64,000 nt of DNA, taken from assembly GCF_009914755.1 (NCBI RefSeq), contig NC_060928.1; one strand, written 5' to 3'. How positions within the stretch are numbered: position 1 is the stretch's first letter; every line of letters begins with the position of its first letter. The translations under genes were made by a program, and so were the position numbers. Below, one piece after another: positions 1-12,403 of the stretch. This DNA comes from the human T2T-CHM13v2.0 reference genome, Homo sapiens. The notes below the pieces were generated by a model. The model was not told where the DNA came from and searched no databases. It worked only from the letters and a program-made list of their open reading frames with translations.

Positions 1-289
1 ACTGTTTTAGAGGCCAAAAGTCTTAGATCAGGGTGCCAACAGGTCAAGTCCTGGTGAGGACTTGCTTCATGGTTTCCAGATGGCTACCCTCTTGCTGTCT
101 CCTCATATGTCAGAGAAAATAAGCCCTGGTATTCCTTTCTCTCTTTATAGTTACACTGATCTCATCATGGGAGCTCCACCCTCATGACCTAATTATCTCC
201 CAAAGGTCCCACCTCCTAATACCATTACACTGGGGATTAGGGATTCAATATATGAATTTTGAAGGGATACAGATATTTAGTCCATAGCA
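1..289 (-). mobile_element. MaLR LTR (MLT1A0/MSTD-like), cut by the window edge
   Basis: Reverse complement begins TGCTATGGACTAAATATCTGTATCCC...GGTATTAGGAGGTGGGACCTTTGGGAGATAATTAGGTCATGAGGGTGGAGC, the typical MLT1A/MST LTR start. Confidence 0.85.
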
Positions 290-559
290 CTATCTCTTCC
301 ACTTTATGTCCTCCAGCTTCATGCTTATCATGCATTATAATTTACACTTAGGAAATTTGCAGCCATGCGTTTGTCTCAACAAACGTCATACTGTTCCATA
401 CTTTGTATATTTGTTGATATTTTTTCTTCTGCCTTGGATGCCCACCCTCCCATTCATCACATGCATGTTCTCAGAATTGAGCTCAGGCATTTCTCTCGGA
501 AGCTTATTCTCAAGCCCCAAATTGGATCAATTTTCTTTTTCCTTTGATCCCTTAGTACC

Positions 560-745
560 CCGTACACCTGTAGCTCAGCAAAGGCCCTAATATATTGCCT
601 CTAACTGTATGTGATGTTCTTCTCATCTAGATTGTAAGCTCCTCAAGTACAGAGATTATATTGTTTATGTTTCTATACCTAGTCATTCAGTGTCTGGCTC
701 ATGGCAGACACTCAAAAAAGATTGTTACTAAACCAACTAAATATA
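560..745 (+). mobile_element. L2 LINE 3' end relic
   Basis: ctagattgtaagctcc...cagtgtctggctcatggcagacactcaa matches the L2 3' terminus pattern. Confidence 0.7.
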
Positions 746-970
746 TTATTTTACTCATGTTGTTAATTTATGTTAACTACACCAAACTTTTTGAACATGT
801 TGCTGGTATCTGTGCCTGTAGTTTATTTTCATTTTCTGTGTTGAGACACTTCATGTCCATGTTATAAATTCAAAACAGTTTTGACATCAACACTTTTTTT
901 ATAGTCTCAACTTCACATTTATAGCATGCATAAATTTATATAGAGAGACTAACGGGTCCCATTGCAGACA

Positions 971-1317
971 TTAGAAAATTGTACTTAGGCTTTAGTAGTA
1001 GGGCATTACCCCAGTGGATTCTCAAATATTTGCTGATGGCTCAGTGAGAAGAGCTTAGATATGGCGGGCGGGGGGCGGGTACAGTATTGTGTCAAAGGTT
1101 AGTTGCTGATGTCAAGGCTAAATTGTGAAGCTTCTGGAATGTCTGTATTATTTATACCCTATAGAGCTGGTTTTGGAGAAGTGAAATATTAGGCATCAAT
1201 AGTTCTTAACGTAGATCTCCGAAGAGATGATAGCAAGCGAGAGGCCCTCTTCTGGCAAGAGTGAAAGGAAAGTGAATCGTTTCAGAAAGCAAGTAATGTG
1301 TGGAAAATGCTTTTTCA
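971..1317. repeat. Left arm of long inverted duplication (partner 2054-2400)
   Basis: Reverse complement aligns end to end with 2054-2400, e.g. gtctgtattatttataccctatagagctggttttggagaagtgaaatattag pairs with ctaatatttcacttctccaaaaccagctctatagggtataaataatacagac. Confidence 0.97.
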
Positions 1318-1399
1318 ACCTGAAGGTGATGCACAATTTTTTACTCTTGAAATCACTATGATTGTTCCTAGGGCCAGTCTGAAAGTTGATTGCCTGTAT

Positions 1400-1999
1400 C
1401 AGCTCTACCAAATTACTAGGCCTTCCATATTCTCCCACGACTCAAGACCAACAAATTTCATATGCCATTTTTCATGGACTCTAGCAGCGATTGTTTCTGG
1501 CTAAAAGGTAACTTTGTCTCATATTCCTCTCCCTTCATCCTATTTTTGAACAGACCCCGCTATCTCTCTATAAGTGTAACTGAGGCCTGGCCAAAGTTAG
1601 TTCTGGTCAGAGTAACCTTTTCAGTGAGGATCCAAGTAGAGCCAATCAAAGAATCCTTCCCTGGGATTTGTATATGGATGGTGTAGAGGGACAGTATCTT
1701 TTCAGTGGGTTTTTAAAGTAGGGCTTTTTGAGTTGCTCCTGGACAAATTTCTTGGTTGCAGTGAGGAAATATACTGATCATTTTGTGATAACATAGAATT
1801 AGAATAATACACAAAGAAAATCAAGGCTGAGAGATAGGGCAGGTGAGAGAGAACATCAGGTGTATTACTCAATTCCACTGTGTCTGAATCTAGTAACCTC
1901 TGAACTCATCAGGTCCATTAACTAATTCAGTGTTTGTTGCTTATACTATTTCTAGTTGTTTCTCTTCCCTTTAACCTGAACATGTACTCACAAACATAC
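1400..1999 (+). mobile_element. Old MaLR LTR (MLT1J/K/L-like) in the spacer of the inverted duplication
   Basis: gagccaatcaaagaatccttccctgggattt motif and a degenerate MLT1-type 3' end; highly diverged. Confidence 0.55.
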
Positions 2000-2053
2000 C
2001 AGTCTTTTCTAGGATGTTTTGGCCACCAATCCCCCTTACCTCATTCTTTTTTC

Positions 2054-2400
2054 TTGGAAAAAGCATTTTCCACATATTGCTTGCTTTCTAAAATGATTAA
2101 CTTTCCTTTCACTCTTGCCAGAAGATGGCCTCTTGCCTGCTGTCATCCCTTTGGAGATCTACATTAAGAACTATTGATATCTAATATTTCACTTCTCCAA
2201 AACCAGCTCTATAGGGTATAAATAATACAGACATCCCAGAAGCTTCACAATTTAGCCTTGACATCAGCAACTACCCTTTGACACAATACTCTACCTGCCC
2301 CCCATATCTAAACTCTTCTCACTGAGCCATCAGTAAATATTTGAGAATCTACTGGGGTAATTCCCTACTACTGAAGCCTAAGTACTATTTCATTTCCTAA
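2054..2400. repeat. Right arm of long inverted duplication (partner 971-1317)
   Basis: About 23 substitutions plus a 7-nt and a 1-nt indel versus the reverse complement of the left arm (hand count). Confidence 0.97.
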
Positions 2401-2404
2401 TCAC

Positions 2405-2662
2405 ATGACAGTTTGGTGGTTAAATATAGGTGCACTGAAGACAAATGAGTTTGAGTTTGAATCTTGGTTCCTCTACTTACTAGCTGTGTACTCTTAGGCA
2501 AGTTATTTAACCTCTTTGAGCTTATTTCTATAGAAATAAAATGAGGGAATTAGTTGTATCCACTTTTTGGGGATTTTGTGAGGATTAAATGAGCTAGCTC
2601 ATGTGAAGTGTTTAGAACAGAGCCTGACACCAGGTACCTGTAGAGGAGGTGTCAGCTATTTT
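2405..2662 (+). mobile_element. MIR SINE
   Basis: tttgaatcttggttcctctacttactagctgtgtactcttaggcaagttatttaacctc core and gtgaggattaaatgag. Confidence 0.9.
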
Positions 2663-3257
2663 AAAATAGTGCTCTGAAGAAGAAGAAAAATCAAAATATT
2701 TGTGTTGTCTTTATTGTCTATTTAAAATTATTTTATTTTGAGGGATAAAGACCTTACCTTCTTGGTTTGCATCAATTATGCACCTAGCATAGTCTCATGT
2801 TCATGGTAAGCATCTCGCTGGCTTACCTGTTTCCACTTCACACTGTCAGTAGAAACCTGTCATTCTTAGTTTTATTGCTGAATTTCCTGCCTTGATTTAT
2901 TTCTTGGTGCGCTTAACTTCACTTTTGACCTCAATATTTTCTGTTTGACTCAAGGCTGTCATTTGACTGTCCTTTTTCTCTTCTTGACTATAATTTTTAT
3001 TCTGCTTTTTGTGAAGTTACTTCAACTCACCACCCCTGTCACAAAACCCGTTATGAGAGAAGCTCCTATTAGCTTTAGCCAAGCCCTGCGAGCAAGGTTA
3101 GAACAGCATTTGGTGAGTATTTATGGTTAAGAAATTACGGAACATACCCAAAGAGTAGTATTCTAAGCTCATAGTGAAAGGAAGTTGACTACAAACTGAT
3201 TGTATGACCCAATACAGGCTTATCAAATTTGTTTTGCTTATCACACTTGGTTATTCT

Positions 3258-3433
3258 TTTTTTTTATTATACTTTAAGTTTTAGGGTACATGTGCACATT
3301 GTGCAGGTTAGTTACATATGTATACATGTGCCATGCTGGTGCGCTGAACCCACTAACTCGTCATCTAGCATTAGGTATATCTCCCGATGCTATCCCTCCC
3401 CACTTCCCCCACCCCACAACAGTCCCCAGAGTG
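3258..3433 (-). mobile_element. 5'-truncated young LINE-1 (L1PA2-like 3' end) with 19-bp TSD
   Basis: L1 3'UTR reverse complement with poly-T. Perfect TSD tatcacacttggttattct at 3239-3257 and 3434-3452. Diagnostic site reads gatgacGAGttag, not the L1HS ACA/ACG. Confidence 0.95.
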
Positions 3434-3756
3434 TATCACACTTGGTTATTCTCTGGCTGGTATCTTCTTCAACCAATAATTTTCTTTTGCTCAAGTAATT
3501 CGGAAACATTTTTATATGAAAACAAACAGGCATATATTCTTAAATATGTAGAAAAATTTGGATAAGACTCACTTCAATTCTTTGGGTGTTTAGGCCCATG
3601 GGCTCACATGTCTTGTGAGTCTAAGTGGTGGTACATAAGCTACTGCTGTTTGTCATTAAACACACCTCGGCAGAAACATTTGAGAAGATGATAGAATACT
3701 ACATTTCCTAGGCCAATGCTAGATGGGGTTAATGTTCACAACAGCCAGAACTTAAT

Positions 3757-3975
3757 ACTAGCTACCACTTTGGAACACTTATTATATGTTCAAAACTCTG
3801 CTACACACTTTAAAATAACATATAATTTAATATTCACAGCAAGTCTATTCTTAAGTAGAGGAAACTGAATCTTAAGGATTTAAATAATTTGAATAAGGTC
3901 TCACAATGATTCTGTTTTGGGGCATAGACTCAAAACCATGTCTGTAAAGCTCTAAAGTGCTTTTAATTACTACAG
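3757..3975 (-). mobile_element. MIR SINE
   Basis: gaggaaactgaatcttaaggatttaaataatttgaataaggtctcaca is the reverse MIR core. Confidence 0.75.
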
Positions 3976-4131
3976 TGCATAGCCTATGCAGAATCATTTG
4001 AAATAATCTCATTAAAGATGAGAATTTTCTGAATAATTAAAAATAGTAGCTTCTATTAATAACAGCCAGCTTGAAGTCTTATAGGAACTATAGGGTAAAG
4101 GGAGGATGGGAGAAAATGAAAGGAGAAAAAC

Positions 4132-4200
4132 ATGTGTTGTGTGTGTGTGTGTGTGGTGTACATGTATATGTACATGTCCATAAACACATACAGATTCCAT
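4132..4200. repeat. (TG)n/(CA)n simple repeat
   Basis: tgtgttgtgtgtgtgtgtgtgtggtgtacatg directly visible. Confidence 0.85.
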
Positions 4201-5453
4201 GTTACACACAAATAACACATATACTGTAATATATATGTAACAACTTGCTTGAGGTACATTATAAACTGTCCCTATATCTCAAAATTGTAGTTGTCATTGT
4301 ACCTTCTGCCAATTTAGTTTTAAAACTAACCAGTTTTTTTTCCTAGGAAAGGAGGCTGTGGGATCTTCTTTGTGTAGGTCATGATCTATTCAGGCCCCAA
4401 GCACACGTTGGTGAGTATAATGAAAACAAAACTTGATGGATAATTTGCCCTGAGCATTATCCTCTAGGATTAGAATTCTTCAACTAAAATCACTAGAGAA
4501 GGTCAAATAGCCTGCTTTATTATACATTATTTACAATAGAAAATTCATTAACTTCCTTTCTTAAAAGCTCTTTAACAGAGCTATTTACCACCATCACATT
4601 TCCTTCTCCATTTCTTTTTTGCAAAGGTTGACTTGGCAAGAACTTTATTTCACTTTGCTATGCTCTGAACTTTTGGTGCGTATTCTCATTTATTTTTCAG
4701 TGAACCATTTTGGCTGTTTGGCCTAAAGTAGTTCACTCTAGGGTGCAATAGATAGCAAGAACATGGCCTAACTTCTACTGATGCACTTGAACCTCCATGA
4801 TCTACATATACAAAGCTTAATGAAAACTTGTAATCCTAAAAGCTTACCTAAGCTTCTGATCTCGATATTAATTTTATTTGTAGTTGCTAGTGCAGTTAGG
4901 CTGTTTCTCAAAGAATGTTCCATGGAACATATGATACTGTGGTAGCCACCAGTCCACATAGAAGCAGTCTCAGATACACCAGGTATTCACCTCATTTTGG
5001 TTGTCTCCATTGTCTTTTTGATTCTCTGTCTACATCTGTAGATCCTGAATCCATTTTTGCAAGGTCTTAAGTTCAAAATTGTACTCAAAGGCAAAGGCAG
5101 ATTTCACCTAGCAGACTTAGGTTTTTCAATTTTAATGGAATAGCATATGTATGAGATAAATCAACTCTCCTCTTAGTAAATTTTGCTCTCTTTCAAAGCA
5201 TAACTTTGATGTGTTGCTATGCTAAAAGACATGGCTGTCTCCCATAGAGAAAGAGAGAAAGTAGTAAAAAGTGTGAGAGAGGAATGAATCCTATTCCACT
5301 CTTATGTTCTTATGAATTCTTTTAATGTTTATTTCATTGCCTGAACATTCATTTTGTTTGAATCATTTAGATAAGAGTTGTCTTTGATAGAGATAAAAGT
5401 CAGGGATTCCTGAGCAGCTTATGGGGATATGTGGTAGCTAAGGTGAAGGATGG

Positions 5454-7152
<1,699 letters not shown>

Positions 7153-7164
7153 GAAGGCCTATAG

Positions 7165-7265
7165 TATTGGCTTTGGATTTAGGCAGACCTCGATTGGAAT
7201 GCAGACTCTATCACTTACTGGCTATGTCGCCTTAACCTTTGAGATTCAGTTTTCTCTGCAGGAGA
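7165..7265 (+). mobile_element. MIR fragment
   Basis: ggctttggatttaggcagacct...tcacttactggctatgt...cagttttctc. Confidence 0.65.
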
Positions 7266-7279
7266 GCATAGCAGCTATA

Positions 7280-7600
7280 ACGGACATTGTGCTTGTTTCT
7301 CCAGCATTTATTTTACTTCTTGGAAGTAGGCTAGACATCATCCCTAGTTCCACGCATGGGCTCTATTTGATATGAAGGAATCATAGTCCTTCCCACAGAG
7401 AATGATAAAAGGATGATCAGTGACCTGGGCCTAAGCCAATCAGTGCTTAACATTACACTGGCTTCTGTGACTGGTTAAGGCTGGCCCAGTCAGAGTAAGT
7501 GCAGGTCTTTTGCACAAAATACACACTCTCTCTTGCTGTGTTCACGGTTTGAAGGTGAAGAGTCTGGGAATCTGTAGTAGCATTTTTTTTTTCTTTTCTT

Positions 7601-7663
<63 letters not shown>

Positions 7664-8255
7664 TTTCTTTCTTTCTTTGTCTTTCTTTCTTTCTTCTTTC
7701 TCTCTCTCTCTTTCTTTCTTTCATCCATTCTTTCTTTTTCTGAGAAAGACTCTCCCTCCATCACCCAGGCTGGAGTGCAGTGACACGATCTCATCTCACT
7801 GCAACCTCTGCCTCCCAGGTCCTAAGCGATTTTCCTGTCTCAGCCTCCTTAGTAGCTGGGATTACAGGCACGCACCATCACACCCGGCTAATTTTGCATT
7901 TTTAGTAGAGACGGGGTTTCACCATGTTGGCCAGGCTGGCCTCGACCTCCTGACCTCAGGTCATTGACCCACCTTGGCTACCCAAATTGCTGGGGTTACA
8001 GGCATGAGCCACAGCACCTGGCTAGCTTTTTTACTTCCATGGAAGATGATAGTCTGCACATAAAGCTAGTATACAGAGGTGAAAAGAATAAAATGAATGA
8101 CAGCAAACAGGAACTGTGCTTAACTATTTTCTTTCAAAGTTTTCCATACTTCTGAAATTTCTAGTTACCTGGGTAAATAGATTCCCTTTTGTTTAATCTG
8201 ATTTTAGTTGTGCTTTCATTACTTGCAAAATAAGGAATCCTAACTAATGAATATA
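7280..8255 (+). mobile_element. Old MaLR LTR (MLT1K/J-like), split by an Alu
   Basis: gtgacctgggcctaagccaatcag motif; 3' end attacttgcaaaataaggaatcctaactaat. Confidence 0.65.
7582..8022 (-). mobile_element. Alu (AluS-type) whose tail expanded into a (CTTT)n microsatellite (7582-7740)
   Basis: Reverse Alu body 7741-8022 with a long tttc tetranucleotide array in place of the poly-A. Confidence 0.97.
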
Positions 8256-8324
8256 CTAAAAGTATATACTATCTGACATATATTTCTGATAGTGGCAATC
8301 AGTATGGAGGAAAACAAATAAAAG

Positions 8325-8325
8325 G

Positions 8326-8373
<48 letters not shown>
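8325..8373. repeat. (GA)n microsatellite
   Basis: About 20 uninterrupted GA units. Confidence 0.97.
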
Positions 8374-8377
<4 letters not shown>

Positions 8378-8379
8378 CA

Positions 8380-8935
8380 ATGAGAGTAATAATTATAAAT
8401 GAAATCAGGAAATTAACTGAGAAAGTGACCTGTAAGCAAAGACCTGAGAAGGCAAAGGAGCAAGCCACAGCCCATCTGGGTGAAGAGTGTTAGTGGAAGT
8501 AAGAACAAATACAAAGCCCTGGGGCAGTACTCTGCCATGTATTTTCCAAGACCAGGAGAAAGACCAGTGTGACTAGACCATGGAGAACAAGAGGAGAGAA
8601 GGTCAGAAAGGTTATGTGAGTTCAGGGTGTTGAGGCTCTTGTAAGGATTTTTTTTCTTTATTCTAAGTTATAGGGAAGGCCATTGGAAGGTTAAGAGTAC
8701 AGAATGACACGACCTGACTTACATTTTTAAAGGATCATGTGATTATTGTTTGGTGTATATATTGGGTGGGGTGCTGGGGTCAGGTGCAAAAATGGCAGAG
8801 ACTGGAAAACCAGTTGGAAGTTATTGCAGTAATTCAGGGAAGATGAGATAGTGTCTTAGGCTGGGGTGATAGAGAGGAATTGCTGAGAAATTGACAGAGC
8901 CTAACTACATTTTGAAAGTAAAATTAGATGATTCA
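8380..8935 (-). mobile_element. L2 fragment
   Basis: gccattggaaggttaagagtacagaatgacacgacctgacttacattttta and gttattgcagtaattcagg are reverse L2 hallmarks. Confidence 0.8.
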
Positions 8936-9329
8936 AAGAAAGAAAACCGTCTTCTTGAAGATAGAATTTTGACAAGAGTTTTCCTATAAAAGTGAAATTA
9001 GAGATCCTCTCCTTTCACTTCAAAGAGTCCTTGATTCAGAGGCATGGCTCATCTTAGAAGAGCTGACAGAACAAAGTGTTTAACAAGATTTCATTACATG
9101 TCCAGGAGTGCTGTTTTACCCTAAGTGACTTGAAACTGGGAGAAAAAAGTACAATTTTTTTATTAATCAAAATATTGTAAACAAAAAGCTTTTAGAGTAT
9201 CTTTAGGCTACTAAATCCCCTTTCTATTTTGCTCTTCAGTAGACATTTTTGAATATAGGTCAGCAAGAAGCAATACTAACATCAGGAGGCCTCATTTCAC
9301 TGGGCCCCAGGGGATGTTTAAAACTTTAG

Positions 9330-9590
9330 ATATCATTGTTTTTCTTCACTCCTCTTAGGATACTTGCTGGGCCTAGCATAGTTTCCTACACTCAGTAGGC
9401 ACTTGTGTGGTATTGGTTAAATTGAATTATGTTTTTAAGAGGCAGCAGGAGGTCATGAAAATATCTGGCTTCTAGTCTGTAATCCACCATTAAATTGTTA
9501 TGGGACCTAACATGAATTATGCCATCGCTTTGGGCTTCATGTTTTCATTTGCAAAGTTATGACAATAATGTAGGAAATCCCTATGAGCCT
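9330..9590 (+). mobile_element. L2 3' end followed by MIR fragment
   Basis: gcctagcatagtttcctacactcagtaggcact (L2 end); gggcttcatgttttcatttgcaaag (MIR). Confidence 0.55.
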
Positions 9591-9651
9591 TTGGAAGTCT
9601 GGACTTTGATGAATCAAAAGGGTTAAGCTTGTCACCTATGTTTCATGTGGC

Positions 9652-9819
9652 AAGATAATATTTTAAGATATTAAATATTTAAGATATTAAGATTTTTAGA
9701 TATTTAAGATAATATTTTAAGATAAGATAATATTTAAGATATTTTTAGATATTTAAGATTTTAAGATATTAAATATTTGAGATATTAAGACATTTTAATA
9801 TATTAAATATTTAAGATAT
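9652..9819. repeat. Degenerate AT-rich minisatellite (TTTAAGATA-based units)
   Basis: Repeated ttaagatat/ttagatat/taaatat units; only one C on the + strand over about 168 bp. Confidence 0.92.
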
Positions 9820-10262
9820 GTTTGCTCCCCATAGTCCTCCTTTTCCCTACTTTCTTCTTCAAGCCTAGGTCCCAGAGAGGTTTGCATCAGAACTGAGAAC
9901 CTGAGAGTACAAGGAGCTTGTGTGGATAAAGGCTAACCAAGGATCAGATTCCCCTACCCAGACTGCCCATGTCTTGATCTTGTCTGAATTTGACAAGATG
10001 TTTATGCTGCTCCAAGGAAATGAAAGAGAGGGAAGAATCTCTGAAGTGACTCTATCTGCCCTTCTGCTACCAGACAGAAATGGAAACAAATATTAATAGA
10101 GGAAAATAAAGTTATAGCTTGAAATAGTATATCCATTGCATATGCTATTCAAAAGATCCAGCTTAACTCTTTTCTTCCTTGCACTGGCTGGTGTCTTGGT
10201 ATCCTATAAAGACAGTCTAAAATAACATTATGAAAGAAATGTTATATTTTTGTTATAGAAAG

Positions 10263-12403
10263 TGCTAGAGCTGAATTGTGGCATTCCCCACCCGCAATTA
10301 ATATGTGAAAACCTTATCCCCTAATCTGACTATATTTTGAGATAGGGCTTGTAAGGAGGTAATAAAGGTTAAATGAAGTCATCAGGATGTGGTCCTAATC
10401 CACTAGGGTTGGTGCCCTTATAAGAAGAGGAAGGGACAACACGGATTTCTCTCTCTGCCATATGAGGACACAGTGAGAAGGTGGCCATCTGGAAGCCAAG
10501 AAGAGAGCCCTCACCAGAAGCTGAGCTCTGCTGGAACCTTGATCTTGGAATTTCTAGCCTTTAGAGCTGAGAGAAAATACATTTCTGTTGTTTAATTCAT
10601 TCAATTCAGTCTATGGTATTTTGTTACAGCATCCTGAACAGACTAATACAGATTTTGGTACTGAGAAGTGAAGCTCTGCTGTAACAAAAACTTAAAGTGT
10701 GGAAGTAGTTTTGGAACGGAGCAGTGGGTAGAAACTAGAGGAGTTTTAAGGTGCATGCTGGAAAAGACCAAGATTGCTGAGAAAAGAACTGTTCGTGGAA
10801 ATATGGAAGTAAAGGGTGATTCTATTGAGAGCTTAGGAAGAAAGGCAGAGAGCTATAGAGAAAGCCTCCAACTTCCTAGAGAATACATAAATAATCATAA
10901 ACAGAATGGTAGAAATATGGATGTTACAGGCCATTCTGGTGGCCATTCCATCTTTATCAAATGGAAATACGGAACAGATTATTGGAAACCGATTTATTGT
11001 TATAAAGTAACAGAACTTGGCTTGAACTGTGTTACAGTGTTTTGTGGAAGGTAGAACTTGTGAGTGATGAACTTGGATAGCTTGCTAAGGAGATTTCTAA
11101 GCAAAGTGTTAATGGAGTGGCTTGGTTCCTCCTCACTCCTTAGAGTAAAATGTGAAAGGAGAGAGATAAGGAATTGTTAACAAAAGAGGAAACAGGACTT
11201 GAAGATCTGGGAACTTTTGAGCCTATTCATATTGCAAAAATTGAGAAACATATTCTGAAGAGAACACCAAGGCAGTGGCTAGGCTAGACTATTACTTGAT
11301 AAAAAATTTATGAAATGATATAGGCAGAAACACCACCAGTCTGAACTAAAGAGGATGGTAATGAGACAAAATGAAGAAAGGTTGTCAGATTTCTTGCATT
11401 GACTGGATAGGATGACCAAGCCATTTGGCTGTGAGTGTGCGCTACTCTTCAAAATGAAGAAAAAATGACTCTGAAAATGATTCAGAGATGACCAGAGCCA
11501 CCATTTTGGTTTTATCAGGCTGGGCAGCTTCTATCTGAAGCCATGGTGGGAGGGGTTCACTCTGCAGAGGTATAGGGGTGAGACCAATCAGCAAAGCCTT
11601 GAGGGCTGCACTCCTGCCTAGAGCTGTGGAGGTGACACTGCTGCCACAGTGGGTCTGGGAAGCTGAGTATCAAACCAAAGAGGATTATTCTCAAGCCTCA
11701 GAATTTGCCTTGCTAGGTTTTGGAGTTGCTTGGGACCCATTACCCCTTTCATTTTTCTAATTTATCACTTTTGGAATGATAATGTCTATCTTATGTTTGT
11801 CCCATTATTGCATTTTGGAAGAAGATAACTTGTCTGCTTTCACAGGTTCACAGATGCAGATAAATTTTGGCTAGGGATGAACCATTCCTTGAGTCTCAAT
11901 CCATATCTGATTTAGATGATATTTAACTGAGACTTTGTATTTTAGAATTGGTGCTGGAGTGAGTTAAGACTTTGGGGGCTATTGGGATATGATGAATATG
12001 TTTTGCATGCAAAAGGACATGAAGTTTTGTGGACTAGGAGAGGAATGTTATGGACTAAATTGCATACTACACAAATTTATATGTTGATACTCTAACCACC
12101 AAGGTGGCTATATTTGAGGATACATCCTGTGAGGAGGTGATAAGTGTTAAATAAAGTCATAAGGGTGGGGTCATAATCTTCTAGAGTCGGTGCTCTAGCA
12201 GATTACAGAGAGGAAGAGGAAGAGAAACCACAGTTCTTTCTCTGTGCCATACAGTGAGAAGGTGCGTGTCTGCAAGCCAGGGAGACAGCACTCACCAGAC
12301 TGACCGTAATGGTACTCTGCAGAACTGAGATACAATTAAATTCTCTTGTTTAAGCCAACCAGTCTGTGACATTTTGTTATGGCAGTCTTATCAGACAAAT
12401 ACA
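10263..12403 (+). mobile_element. MLT1A-type MaLR provirus: LTR 10263-10650, internal 10651-12045, LTR 12046-12403
   Basis: Two homologous LTRs (tgctagagctgaattgtg / tgttatggactaaattgc, both ending aataca). gattttggtactgag follows the 5' LTR and a purine tract precedes the 3' LTR. Confidence 0.9.

Noticed and set aside
971-2400. Inverted arms as terminal inverted repeats of a DNA transposon
   Set aside because: No TSD at the outer ends, no transposase remnant, and the spacer is an MLT1-type LTR far more decayed than the arms are diverged.
7453-7794. 113-aa Lys/Glu/Arg-rich ORF
   Set aside because: Translation of the (GAAA)n tail and end of an Alu.
9652-9819. CRISPR-like array
   Set aside because: No unique spacers, eukaryotic context and no cas genes; it is a degenerate minisatellite.
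10668-11054. 128-aa ORF
   Set aside because: Lies in the MLT1A internal region; decayed retroelement sequence with a GTG start.
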